DNA of 64,000 bases. Source: Schmidtea polychroa. Its lineage: Eukaryota. Under the pieces are notes generated by a model. It had not been told where the DNA came from. It worked only from the letters and a program-made list of their open reading frames with translations, and did not search any database. Shown here piece by piece: positions 13,796-27,700 of this stretch. The translations under genes were made by a program, and so were the position numbers. The first letter of the stretch is position 1. Each line of letters begins with the position of its first letter. The stretch spans positions 28,522,001-28,586,000 of the forward strand of contig CM097885.1 in NCBI GenBank assembly GCA_044892525.1. The letters are read 5' to 3'.

Positions 13796-14989
13796 GTCTA
13801 ACAGCTACATTAAATTTAACAGGCAAGTACGATACAAAATTGCAAAGCGGAAGTGCAAGAGATTGCCTTATGGTGTTTTCATGGATTTATGGGACATTGC
13901 TAGTATTAACGCTTCCGTTATAATCAAACCAGAGGAAACTGTCATCATGTTGGGTTTTAGTTCATTTAATTCGGTAACCTCTAACTCCTCGAGTCCTTTT
14001 AATCAAAACAATAAACTACCCAACGTACATTTCAATCACAAAAATATATTCTTTTCTCAACAATAAACAATCAATAATCAAAGTTAAGTTTGACCGATTA
14101 TCCTCTCGGCATTGATGCTTTGACAAAAGATAATATTCACCTTTTAATTTCTTAGGTTCTCTTGATCAGTGTGCGAGCTTCGTTTCGTTTGGTTTTATTT
14201 TTTGTTATTATCGTTTCCACGCTGTAAAGTTATCAGGTTTTGTAACCTATTTCACTAATGTTATCTCGATTTTTTTCATTAATATTCTATTTAATATAAA
14301 TGTTTTGTATTAATTCAAACAATTAATTTATTGCGTCACCAAATGGTGGTACCAGAAAACATGATAAACTTTTACCAATCTCTTTCATATCATGGTATAA
14401 TGTGGTAAGCTATGGCGCTCGGGAATGGATGGTAAGTGAGGACGACCATTTGTTCAAGCAAATTTTTCCAATATTGTTTCTTAAGCGAGTTGTTCCGCAT
14501 GCTGAATCCCGATTGAATTGTCGAGTGCTCACTATGCAAGTAGAATGAAAGAGGGAAGCCACGATTGCTATTCTTATCGGTGCCCTGGCAAAGAATTTAT
14601 TCCGTTTTCGCGATTACAATTTTGATGATGAATAGATCCCGGAATGTTTCAAACCATAATTGAAAAGGCGAGTTTTTCTTTAACATTATATACTCATTTC
14701 TTTAAATCTTAAAGATTTTATGTTTTCTCCTCTTATTATTTGTTTTATAATATAGAAAGTTTTTAATGAAATAGTGTAATAAAGTATTTGTAGTTTTTGT
14801 TTAACTGTTCAAAGAAGTCGTAAAGATATCGGTGTGTAGATAGGAGCAGATAGTTAACGGTTAGCTTACTTAGAACAAATTATCGCTACCGTATTATATA
14901 AGGTCTGGCAGACCCAACTATTATTATTCGCACGATGAAAAGGGCTTCAGAGTGCCGACCCCATTTTTCACAAACACAACATAGTCTGA

Positions 14990-15518
14990 AGTAGTAGGAT
15001 GTGTCACCACTGGCACACTACCGCCCGGGGGGGTAAAAGAAAAAAAATTTCAATGTCAAATTTTAAACAAAGACATATGACTCATCAAGGTCATTGAAAC
15101 AAAGCCCATGACTCATCCGATGGCTCATCAAGGTCATTAGAACAAAGACCATGACTCATTCAAGGTCATTGGGTGACTCACAAAGGTCATATTTTTAAGG
15201 TCAAGGACATATTTTTAAGGCAAGGTCATATTTTAAAGGCCAAGGTCATATTTATAAGGTCAAGGTCATATTTTAAGGTCAAACCTTCACCAAAGGGTAT
15301 CATTCGAAAGGTATTTGAGAGGTACGTATGATGGTCATACCCTCGAAGGTATATGGTGGGTCAATATCCTTCAAAGGGTATTCAAAATTAAATATAGGAC
15401 TTTTGATGGTGAGTTCGAAGGTCCAAGGGTCCAAGGTTCAAAAATTTTAAAACCTTATAATATACATATCAAACAAAAGGTATTTGAGATGTAAGTATCA
15501 TGGTCATACTTTCAAAGG
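14990..15518 (+). repeat. Left terminal inverted repeat of Polinton 1
   Basis: Imperfect reverse complement of 33362-33975. Confidence 0.85.
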
Positions 15519-16053
15519 TTTATGAATGGTCCTGAACCTTCAAACCTTCAAAGGGTCCAAAACCTTCAAAAATTATACATATAGATATATACATGTCAAA
15601 TAAAAGGTAATACAAAGGTGAGTATGATGGTCATACCCTTGAAGGTCATACCCTCGAACGGGTCCAAGATTCAAATTTTTTAAAATCTTATAATATACAT
15701 ATCAAACAAACGGTAATAAAAAAGTACTCATCGATGACTCATTTATTTTTTGAACAAATAAAATGACTCATCATTATCAGAACAAAGACAATGACTCGCA
15801 CATGGGATTTATTATTTATTACTATCAAATGAATTATTATTATTTATTATTATCAATAGTATTATTATTATTTTCGAAGATATTTTCAAAATTTATTATT
15901 AATATTATTAATATTATTATGATTATCATCAAGTTTTAATTATCAAGGTAATTTAAACAAAGACAATGACTCAGTCGCTGAGTCATCAAGGTCGTTCTAT
16001 TTTTAGTAACAAAGACATCTATTTTTTGTTCCAGTGGTTTATTTTTGTATATA

Positions 16054-16740
16054 CTGAAAAGGTCTGATTCTGCATTATCTCTTACTAGTGCAACTGGTGC
16101 ACCAATATGTCAATTAGTTGATGCAAAATTATTGGTGAGAAGAGTTCGAGTAGACCCCTCAGTATTAGCTGGTCATCAATTAGGTCTTAATTCAAAACAT
16201 GCAATTTATCCATTAAAAACAAAGGAAATTGTACAATTTGCTATTGCTAAATGTGCTTCATCATTCTATAAAGAACAAATATTTGGTGACAGAAGAATGC
16301 CAAATTTTATTCTGATAACATTTCAAAGTGAAACACAATATAATGAATCATATATTTTGTCCAGCTCAATTTTCAAAAATTTTGGTGTTACATCATTGAC
16401 TTTGTCGAAAAATACTGATTATAGAGAAACATATATTCAAGATTTCGAAAATGACAATTACTGTGCAACATATATGCAGAGTATTGTTAGAAATCTGGGT
16501 TATTTAGATAAAAATTTGAATTGTGGAATAACTCTTGAAGATTTTAAAAGCAAATATCCATTTTTTACATTTGTTTTAGCCCCCGATTTTGATTTAAATC
16601 AGAGTCAATTACCTCAAAATGGAAATTTAAGACTGGATATAAAGTTTGCAAAAGCCATTACTGAACCGGTACATGTTATAAAAAATGGAGTATTTGAAAA
16701 TGAAGTTCAAATTACTTCAAATAGAACAGTGTTGGTATAA
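16054..16740 (+). pseudogene. Polinton major capsid protein (double jelly-roll), 5'-truncated
   Basis: About 10 differences over ~193 aa versus the MCP at 58205-59322. Homology starts abruptly at LKRSDSAL; intact C-terminus. Confidence 0.88.
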
Positions 16741-17139
16741 ATGTATACAGAAACATGGAGTAAGTTGTTTTTATACTGTTTAATTTATTAAAGTAGTTCT
16801 GTTCAGGTTAATCGAATTGGAAAACAAATATTGGGAAATGAATTTGTAGGAGTTTTTCCTCTTGATAAAATTCCATATTTGAGTAATAATCAAGCAATAA
16901 TCGTCAATACTCAATCGTCTCATCTTGGTGGAGAACATTGGATAGCTATATATGTGAAACCTGTTAATATATTCGTGTTCGATCCTATGGGTTTTTATTA
17001 CCCGGCTTTGTTGATATCAAAACTACAAACAATGAGGAAACCTATCGTGTATAATAAAACTATGTTTCAAAATCCATTGACCCAAACATGGGGTCAACAT
17101 TGTTTAACATGGTTGTTGTATAAAAAATTTGATGTTTAA
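16741..17139 (+). pseudogene. Adenain-like cysteine maturation protease
   Basis: FVGVFPLD..IVNT..GEHWIAIY..FDPMG..Q....QTWGQHC; the expected catalytic Cys (CG) reads Trp. Probable short 5' intron 16760-16806 (gtaagt..ttcag), but the phase is off by one. Confidence 0.8.
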
Positions 17140-17196
17140 TAAATATATCCTTTCCTTTGTTGTTGTGATTATTAATATTATTAATATTATTATTAA

Positions 17197-17230
<34 letters not shown>

Positions 17231-17244
17231 TTTATTAAAATTAA

Positions 17245-17283
<39 letters not shown>

Positions 17284-18493
17284 TATTATTATAATTATTA
17301 TAATTACTATTATTATTAATAATAATAATATTATTATTATTATTTTTATTTGTAATAATATTATTATCATTTTATTATTAATATTATTATTTTAATTAAT
17401 ATTATTATTATTTATAAAATATTATTATTTAAATTAACATTCATGATTACAGTTAGCAAACATGAATGCTAACAAAGATATCATGTGACAAATGCGTGAT
17501 AAAGAAAATGATTAATAACAAAGACAATGCATGATCAGTGCATGTAACATAAAGAAATATAATCACTCGTGCATATATGCAAATTTTTACTCACCTTTTG
17601 GTATGTATAGTCAAAAGTTGTTGTGTCCAGCTCGACTGTGATTGGCTGAGACCGACGAGTATAATGTTTCTTTATAAACATTTCAAAATTTTTCATTTTT
17701 AAAAATTATTTTTGCAATGGAAGGAAAACAAAATAACATTTTACGAGCTCTACTTATGGGCAACAATGGTATATTTTTGTTTTTACTATTTTTTAATAAT
17801 TATTATTTTATTTGATAGTTTCAGACAATTTAGACTGGTTTGCCGTTACGGAAGATGAATCCCTTCTCAATTTGGATCATATTTTCGGTAAATTTATTAC
17901 TATTTATTAGTATTATTATTATTAATAATTTAGAAAATAGTGCGCAAATAAATGAGGATTCAGACTGTCAAATAATTAATGATATTGCTGATGATATTTT
18001 TATGGATTCACCATCGAGTAAATTTATTTTATTAAAATAATAAATTAATAAAAACTGTAAGTGATTGTCAAATAATTGAAGATTATCAAAATAATAATGC
18101 CATCGTTAGTATCGAGAATGGCCGCAATGATGATATTTTTATGGATTCAACATCGAGTAAATTTATTTTATTAAAATAATAAATTAATAAAAACTTTAGG
18201 TTATTGTCAAATAATTGAAGATAATCAAAATAATAATGACATCATTTCTTTCGAGAATGGCCGCAATGATAATGAAATTGTTAATGCCCTCGATTATGCC
18301 AAGGATACCCCCACTGAGGATGAACTAGACTCTGATTCAGAGTCACAATGTAAGTAATTTTAATAATGATTTAATAAATTTTGATTTAAAAATATAATAG
18401 AATTATTATTATTTTTTTTTAAATAATGATTTTATAAATTTTAATTTAAAATGACTTTAAAAAAAATAAAAAACAATGTTTTAATAATAATAA

Positions 18494-18534
<41 letters not shown>

Positions 18535-18536
18535 TA

Positions 18537-18670
<134 letters not shown>

Positions 18671-18836
18671 AATAATTATAATAATAATAATGTTAGGGAT
18701 AGGCCTGGGGCCTTGATTGTAAAATAAATAAAGAATTACTATATTTAGAAATGGTATAAATAAAATAATAAAGAATTACCGAAAATAAAATATTAGAGTT
18801 AAATAATTACTATAATTAGAATTAAGTAGTATATAG

Positions 18837-21382
18837 CAGGGGTGGCAAAACTTTCAAGTCTTGCGGGCGACTTTTAACTAAATTAAATCTGGCGGTCTAC
18901 CAGAAAAACTATTTTCAATTGTTACCTGTAGTTATTCTATTTATTCTATTTAAATACAAAACGAATTAGAAAAAAACTTATAATACTTTACTAGAACGTA
19001 AACATATCTTAATATAATATTATTTACTGCTACTACTTGCACCTGATACGTGGCACTGCATCTTATCAGCAAGTTCTTCGTATTTCGGGCAATAGGAGCT
19101 TATGGCGATCCGCAAGCATGATTCCAAATGATCATCTGTCAAACAAGATCGATGTTTTGTTTTAATGACATTCATTGAAGAAAAGGCTGATTCACAAAGA
19201 TAGGTGGATCCAAACAATGCGGACATATATCCAACTACTCTCCGCAAAATTGGATATTTTTCATCTGAAATAAGATTCCAAAAATTATCTTCGGTTGTAG
19301 CTCTTGATTTTAAGTAAATGTCGCTTTTCAACGCTATTATCTCATCTTCTAAGCAAGCTGAATCTGAATCCAGAAATTCATTAATCTGAGTAGCGATCTC
19401 CTCTGTATCAATAACATCATTAAACGGGAATGACATGAACATAGCAATATTTGCAATTTTAGATAAATTTGCGAAACGTGTGTTAAATTCATTTAAAAGG
19501 GTAGTAATTTGATTTGTATATTTATCGTAAAGAATTCCTGGCGCATTTTTGGATTCTTCTTCCATGTTTTTAAAATGTTTCAAATCACCCCGTTCCAGTT
19601 GATTCACAAACAAGGACAGTTTCTCTTTAAACGTCTTTACTGCCGTTATCATTTCAAGAATTGATTTGTGTCTCCCCTGAAGCTGTAAATTTAATTTATT
19701 CAGGTGCTCTGTAATGTCGCAAAGAAAAGTAAGATTTATCAGCCAACTTTTATCCTCCAGTTCGGGATATAATTCTTCTCTTCCAGTCAAAAACTGTTTT
19801 ATTCCGGGCAAAAGATCTCTAAATCGTTTTAAAAATGCTGCACGGCTAAGCCATCTTACATCCGTGTGTAACAATAATTCAGTATTTTCAATTTCACATT
19901 GTTCAAGCAAAGTTCGAAATTGACGTCATTGTAGACTTCTTGCACGTATCGAATTTACTATTTTAAACGCAATATTCATTACATAGTTAGAGTTCAACAC
20001 TTTGGAGCATAAGGTTTGCTGGTGGATAATGCAATGATACGAATGAAAACTGGGAATTTCTTCATCATTTTTGCAAAGTGTTACAAATCCGACATGTTTT
20101 CCGATGATAGACGGAGCTCCATCCGTGGTAATTGATACCAACTTGTGAATCGGGAAATGGGTGCGACTTATAAAAGACTTGAATAAATTGTAAATATCTT
20201 GACCCCTTGTTTGTCCTTTCATTGGAAGAATAGTCAATAATTCTTCTCTGGTTGACATATCATCAAAAACCATTCGAATGAAGATGCATAGTTGCGCAGT
20301 ATCAGTGAAATCTGTAGATTCATCAAATTGCAAAGAGAAAAAGCGGCATTTTCGAATATCTTGCCGCAAAATATCTTCCAAGTTTTTGCTAATGTCCACC
20401 ATTCTTTGCGTGCTAGTATTGCGCGTCAATGACATATTGTTGATACAATCCATTATTTCGGATTTATTTTTAAAATCTTTGAATAACACCTCACCAGCTT
20501 CAACAAACGCCTGTTTCCATATTTCGCCATCTCCAAAAGGTTTTTTATGTTTCATCAAAATATTAACTACCTTGAATGATGCTAGGGTAGCTGTTTTTGA
20601 TTTTGAGTTAAATTTCGTAAAAAAAGTTTGTTGTGCACCTAATTGAGACTTTAACTGCTTTACTTTGTCTTTTCGTACCTCGGAATGTAATGGAAAGTCA
20701 ATTTCATACTGTTTGTGCACTGTTCGAAAATGTCGTTCAACGTTAGCTCTTTTAGGTAGTGCTACGTTTGAATTACAAATGAGACAAACACACTTATCTT
20801 TCATCATTATGAAAAAAAATTCCTGTTCCCATTCAGTATTATAATGGTACGTTTTAGTTTTTTTGGCCGGTTGTGTCATTGGGGCTAAAACAAGAAAATA
20901 ATAAAAGCTAAAATAAATTAAATATGAAAATTAATGTTAAACACACTTACATACTCAAAAATTAAAAATGTTAACTTTTATAAAGAATTTTTTTTAATAA
21001 AAAAATTTTGAAATTAATATTATAAGCAGGTATTATTCAATACTGAATACTTCAAGCTTTCAAATTTTTCTAACGAAAACAATTTGATTTCAAAATTGAA
21101 ATAGACCAGGGCTGGCAAAAGCGTCGAATCAAATTTATTCTGATTATTAGCTAACTGTATATATTTGAATTTCAAACTAAAAATTTACTACACTCTGAGT
21201 GTTATCTGACTAATATTATGTTTCTTATTGGAATTTTTTTGTCATATGAATCGAAACTTATTTTAAATATGTTTATAAAGTTAGAAATTCAATAAATAAA
21301 AAACTGATTTTTATATGCAATTTTCCATAGTGCTAGCGGGCTACTTTCGATAGCTACGCGGTCGACGCTTTTGCCAGCCCTG
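18837..21382 (-). mobile_element. hAT DNA transposon (Buster/SPIN/Charlie-like)
   Basis: TIRs CAGGGGTGGCAAAA / TTTTGCCAGCCCTG; perfect 8-bp TSD GTATATAG at 18829-18836 and 21383-21390. Confidence 0.95.
19020..20879 (-). pseudogene. hAT transposase (GTF2IRD2/SPIN-like) with one nonsense codon at 19926
   Basis: CVCLIC..RHF zinc finger, FSLQFDESTD, TTDGAP, HCIIHQ, VRWLS, FGSTYLCESAFS. The two ORFs are in the same frame, separated by a single TGA. Confidence 0.92.
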
Positions 21383-22354
21383 GTATATAGTAATATTTGA
21401 TATTACTGTTACTATATATAGTAATTATAAAATTGCTATTAATATAATAAATAATTAAAAGGTATAATAAATACTGGTTCAAAATGAGAACCAGGGGGAC
21501 AAAATTGACGATAACTTGCGGACAAGGAAACTGATAAGAAAGTTTGAAAAGCAATTGAAATAATAATTTAGAAAATTATTACCATTTTTAAAAACAAAAA
21601 GAAAAACGTGATTAGAGAATCACCGTGTTGATTATAACTAAGAAGTTCAACATTTGTCTACAACAAAACAAACGTGATTAAAGAATCACGGTGTCTCATC
21701 AATCAACCAGACGACAGTTCAACTCAAATTCCAGATCGTTTTTCCAAATTAGAAAAGTGACTATAAATTGTCAAACAGAACAAACCAGAATCAGAGAGAA
21801 TATTTCTGGAGAAAAATTTGAACAGAATCGTGAAACAAAGGAAGACAGAAAAGGAGTCATCAATCTAGAAGGTAAAAGAAGTTTAGTATTCGAGTTGTGT
21901 AAGGATAAACTATTATCCTTGTGAAGTGAGATAGTTAAAATAAAGCGAACACAAAGCACAGATAGCGGCTTTCGTGTTACCTGGTAGCCCCAAAATCAGC
22001 CCTCTTACTTTACCATTATCTTTTCAATTTATTCAGCGATCGTTGTGCTACACAGGAGCCATCGATTTCTTGCAGGCTGTGGTAAACAGTAAGGATTAAT
22101 AAATCCGTTTTCTTGTACTCTTTGTACATATATTATAAAGTTCATTTGTAAATTATAAAATACATTTTTATAAAAAGAGAAAGGAGTTTTCGTTTTTAAT
22201 TCAGTGATTTAAACATTAAACGCGCAACCACATTAAATATAACTTATTTATATTTATTTTTATTTATTTATCTTAATTAAATTATTGGAGTCGTTTGTGT
22301 TAAGATCTGTAGTCCCCGTTTTTCGATCTTAACAATAATAATTATAATAATAAT

Positions 22355-22410
<56 letters not shown>

Positions 22411-22426
22411 TTATAATTATATGTTA

Positions 22427-22850
<424 letters not shown>

Positions 22851-23024
22851 CAGTGCTCGAAGTGAGGCGGGATAGCCGAGATATTATCCCGGCATTGATT
22901 ATGTAGGCGGAATCGCATCCCGGCACTTCATTTCATATAATCTATAGGTTTATCCCGGTACTTATTTCATTTTATAGGCACACAAATACTGCAATTAAGG
23001 TCACACATAGTACATCCATATATG

Positions 23025-23085
<61 letters not shown>

Positions 23086-23316
23086 TTTATTCTCTATTCA
23101 ATTAAGAATTTCCCAAGCAGCAGTAATGGATAGGTAGGTATATTCTGAAACTTATGATTAAATGGGCGGGCACCCCCCCCCCCCAAAAAAAAATTTGTTG
23201 GACACCCCCCAAAGTTTTGCAACACCCCCAACTGAAAATTTCTGCATAAAAGCCTGGAATCCCGGTTGCCACAGCATGCCTATCCCGGCACATATTTTGT
23301 TCCACTTCGAGCACTG
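22851..23316. mobile_element. hAT-type MITE
   Basis: 14-bp perfect TIR CAGTGCTCGAAGTG, 8-bp TSD AATATTAA, repeated ATCCCGG subterminal motifs. Confidence 0.9.
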
Positions 23317-23665
23317 AATATTAATAATAATAATATTAATAATAATTATTGTGAGGAGTTAAAATTAAAATACTAAATTAAATTAGTTCATGATTAAAAT
23401 TTGTAAAATTTTAATTGAAACTTAAATTATTTTAAGATATTAAAATTGAAATGATAATTGAAATTTTAAAATAAAATAATTTTTAATAAAATTGAAATTC
23501 AAGTATGAATGCGATGGTATGTTGATATTTGGTTGAAATTAAAATTTAGAAAATGTCCCAAGAATATTTGTTTATATAATCAGATTTAATGAAATATAAT
23601 TTTGGATTTAATAGTCTTAGTAATTTATTTTAATGACAGAAGAATTAAATGTTATAGCTTCTAAC

Positions 23666-24751
23666 ATGGCGACCATTCCAACGGATCTGCTTATTGGAAG
23701 ATTACTTCCAGAAAAATTCCACAGAGGAGAGGACCTCGAATTATTTATCAAAGAATGTCAGAGGTTCTTTGAAATAACGAAGACACCAGTGAAGACCCAA
23801 ATGGTACTAGTTATTACACTTCTGGACAGGACTTTGATTGAAGAATATGAAACCGCAGAAGGTAAAACCGTTGAACAGAAATTAAGAGCAGCTTTTCATC
23901 AACCAACGTCATTGATTGATGACTTAAGAGAAGCCTTGAACTACAAGCAAGGTAACGAATCAGCGGAAATATTTATAGAGAAAATATCAAAAATGACTAA
24001 AAAATTGGCCTCACACACTTGGAATAAGGAAGAAATTCAGAAATGTTTATTGACACATTGTGTAAAAGATAAAGAAGTCAGGAAAGAAATCGAAATGAAA
24101 GATCTCAAAACGGCGGAACAAATTAAAGAAACTATAAAGAAGATAGAAAAAGTTAAAAAGGTTATTGAACAAGTAAACACGGTGAGATCAATACGACCTA
24201 CAACTGGGGGGAGAACTTATAGAGATGTAGTACAAGTTGGAGCCACGAAGAGAAAAATCAACGAATGGAAACCAGAGACAAGAATTAAAGTGATAGAATG
24301 CTGGACGTGTCAAAAACCGGGACACAGTAGCAGAGAATGTAATATAAAAAGAAGATTTCAATGTTATGCATGTGGTGTTGAAGGTCACATACGAAGAGAA
24401 TGCCCAACAATCAAATGTCATAGATGCAATGCACGAGGACACAAAGAAAGAGAGTGCTACACAAATATGGAAAGACGAAATCAAGGAAGAGATCGAGACC
24501 AAAGGAAGATGTCAGGAGGAAGAATTCAAAGAAATACCTATCAACAAAGGGAAGATATGTATCAATCAAGGAACGTACATCAAAGACAATGGGGAAACCA
24601 ACAATATAACAGAAAAGATATTGCAGCTATCGAGTCTGATGATGAGATGATGAATACAAAACAGTCAAGCCAGCCAGGCGAGTATAACAGGGAGAATGAC
24701 CCAAACGAGCACGCTCCGTCAAACGGGACATTGATCGGAGCAATTTACTAA
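23666..24751 (+). CDS. gag: Gag with three CCHC zinc knuckles
   Basis: CWTCQKPGHSSREC, CYACGVEGHIRREC, CHRCNARGHKEREC. Start taken at MATIP at the LTR/PBS junction. Confidence 0.88.
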   Translation: MATIPTDLLIGRLLPEKFHRGEDLELFIKECQRFFEITKTPVKTQMVLVITLLDRTLIEEYETAEGKTVEQKLRAAFHQPTSLIDDLREALNYKQGNESAEIFIEKISKMTKKLASHTWNKEEIQKCLLTHCVKDKEVRKEIEMKDLKTAEQIKETIKKIEKVKKVIEQVNTVRSIRPTTGGRTYRDVVQVGATKRKINEWKPETRIKVIECWTCQKPGHSSRECNIKRRFQCYACGVEGHIRRECPTIKCHRCNARGHKERECYTNMERRNQGRDRDQRKMSGGRIQRNTYQQREDMYQSRNVHQRQWGNQQYNRKDIAAIESDDEMMNTKQSSQPGEYNRENDPNEHAPSNGTLIGAIY

Positions 24752-27700
24752 GTAATATTGATTTCAACCAAAGAATGAATGCTAACGGTATGTGTAATTT
24801 AAGTATGTATGATGATTGTATGATTGATAAAGATTGTAGTGTTTTTGAACGTGATATTAATAATAATAGTAGTGTAGAAATCAAAAAGTCGAATGATAAG
24901 GAAATTCAGAAAAAATTTAAAGAGGAGTGTAAAGTAAATGAATTAGTAAAACACGAGGAAAGAACTATAGAGAAAATTTACAAATTCCTCAAGAAAAATG
25001 GAGACGTGTGTATTAATGAAATTGTAGAAGATACTAGAGAGCAGAATATTTTGTCAGTAGAAGAACAAAAAAGTCCAGTAATAACATATAATATAATGCA
25101 AGGTAGACCGAGTACAACACTGGATATCCAAGGGCGGAAAGTAGATTGTTTATTGGATACAGGAGCGCGAATTAATGTGATGGCTAAATCTGTAATTGAT
25201 CGATTAGAAAATATCGAAATATTAGAAACAAGGGAGTCGCTAAGATGTGCAAACAACAGTAGATTAGAAACTATGGGTAAAATAAACATCAATGTTAAAA
25301 TGGGCAGTATTGAAAGAAATGTAACATTCATTATAGTAAAGAATTTAATACCAGAAATTATTGGAGGAGTAGAACTACAAAGGTTATTTGGTATAGAATT
25401 GAAATGTATAATAGAAGAACATGAAAAACGTAGTGATTTCATTTGCGAAATAGAAGCTAGATTTGGGCGGATTATAACAGATGAAGAAAGATTACGTCAT
25501 GCCATCGACGTTTTAAGGGTTACCGGAAATAAGAGACTGTTAGAAATATTTCAGGCAAACAAGAATGTTTTTATGGCAGATAAATGGGACATTGGGTGTA
25601 CCAATCTGATAAAACATAAGATCATCACGAAAGGAGAGCCAATAATGATTAAACCGAGACGTCAGCCAATAAATTTGGAAGACAAGATTGAGGAAGCAAT
25701 AAAAAATCTAGAAAACAACGGAATAATTAGGAAGTGTAATTCACCGTGGAACACACCTTTAGTTTGTGTATGGAAGAAAGAGAAAAAAGACATCAGGCTT
25801 TGTCTAGACTTCAGACAATTAAACAAGATAACAGAAAGACAAGCATTTCCAATGCCAAATGTAGATGAAATTTTAGACATCCTACACGGATCCAGATATT
25901 TTAGCTCAATCGACTTGGGAAATGCTTATTACCAAGTGAAGTTAGATAAAGAATCTCAAGAGAAAACAGCATTCTCAACAAAAAAAGGACAGTTCTGTTT
26001 TAACAGGATGCCGTTCGGTATTGCAGCGGCACCAGGAACATTTCAAGAATTAATGACGAAAGTATTGAAAGATTTGTGGAAAGATGGAGTGATGGTATAT
26101 TTAGACGACATCCTAATATTCACAAAGACAGAAGAAGACCATTATAACATATTTGAAAAAGTCCTAGGGAAGATCGCAACAGCAGGACTAAGATTGAACC
26201 CCGAAAAATGTCAAATATTTAGAAAAGAAGTGAAGTTTCTGGGACACATAATAAATAAAGACGGCATACAAACAGATAATACTAAGATAGAAGCAATACA
26301 ATCATTTCAAAAGCCAAAATGTGTAAAGAATCTGAGGAGCTTTCTAGGTATCTGTAACTATTATTGACGGTTCATAAAAGACTATGCAAAGAAGGCAAGA
26401 GCACTAGAAAGCATATGCGGAAAAAACAATGAGAAAATAAGATGGACAGAGATGTGTGAAAAGGCTTTCGGGAAAATGAAAGAAGCATTGATAACCGCCC
26501 CAGTATTGGTATTTCCAGATTTCAGAAAAGAATTTATATTAGACACAGACGCGAGCTTCGATACTATTGGAGCAGTTCTTTCGCAAAAGGATGAAAAAGG
26601 ACATGAACATGTCATTGCATATGGTTCACATGCGATGAGCAGCCACGAAAAAGGATACTGCATTACCAGAAAAGAATTATTGGCAATATACTATTTTTGT
26701 AAACATTTCAACCATTACTTATATGGTAAGAGATTCGTACTGAGAACGGACCATAAAGCTATTACGTTTATGGTAACAACGAAGAAACCAATAACTGCTC
26801 AATTCCAGACATGGATCAACTATTTAAGCAGCCTGGATATTAAAATGGAATACAGGAAAGGAACAAGCCATACAAACGCGGATATGCTATCCAGGAAAAC
26901 ATGCGGAACATGTGTACAGTGTATGATGGAACACGAAGACCCAAAAACCGGCAAAATTAAAACCAGAATATTAACAGTAACAGCAGAAGGCGGATATAAC
27001 AAGTGGCAAAATGACAATATGGAGGTCCAAGAAATAAAGAATAAGTTAGAAAATAAAGATTGTAAGTTCATAATGGAAAACAACACGGTACTAACTAAGC
27101 AAGGTAAAATATGGATACCGTCAGATAATAGACAGAGGATGATAAAAGAAGTACACGTATTGCTGTGCCATGCAGGTGCACAGAAAGTAACGAAATATAT
27201 CCAGAATAACTGCGACATGGAAAATTTAGCAACGGAAGTAAAAAAGGTAATTGAGAACTGCGAAAGATGTCAGAAAATGAAAACGATAACAACCAAGACA
27301 AAGGAGGAAACTCAAACAATAAAGAGTACAGAACCATTCGAGAAGATATATATGGATATATGTGGGCCATTGAAAGAAACGTTCAACAAAAAGAAATATA
27401 TTTGCGGAATCATTGACCACTATAGTAAATACATCTCATTAACGGCCATAAACAAGCAAGACGAAAAAACAATTAGTGAGACGTTATTAAATAAATGGAT
27501 ATTAAAGTTTGGAGCTCCAAAAGAACTTCATGTAAATTGTGGGAAGAACTTTGAAGCAAGAAGTATAAAAGAACTAGCAAAGGCAGCTGGCATTGAATTA
27601 ATTTTCTCAAGCCCATATCACCATAACACGAATGGTATTATTGAAAGACAATTCAGAACAATCAGAGAGTATATTAACGCGTCATTGAATGAAGGAGGAA

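Larger units (their letters stand above)
3930..13845. repeat. Left arm of large inverted duplication
   Basis: Reverse complement of 36057-~45590. Inner breakpoint is exact (13845/36057; coordinate sum 49902 holds through exon 6 of the gene). Outer limit is approximate and more diverged. Confidence 0.93.
18691..22334. mobile_element. Probable solo LTR (~1.1 kb) interrupted by a hAT transposon
   Basis: TGTTA...TAACA termini, inserted in (AAT)n with ATAA on both sides; no coding capacity outside the hAT. Confidence 0.6.

Noticed and set aside
13734..14066. 110-aa ORF at the inner palindrome breakpoint
   Set aside because: Chimeric across MITE end and breakpoint, non-ATG start, no recognisable motifs.
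17104..17395. Poly-Ile/Asn/Leu ORFs (also 22437-22926, 32882-33214, 55283-55558)
   Set aside because: Translations of (AAT/ATT)n microsatellites.
26365..26367. Programmed readthrough of the TGA in pol (and 19926 in the transposase)
   Set aside because: Both fall inside conserved domains at probable CGA codons; simple nonsense mutation is more likely.
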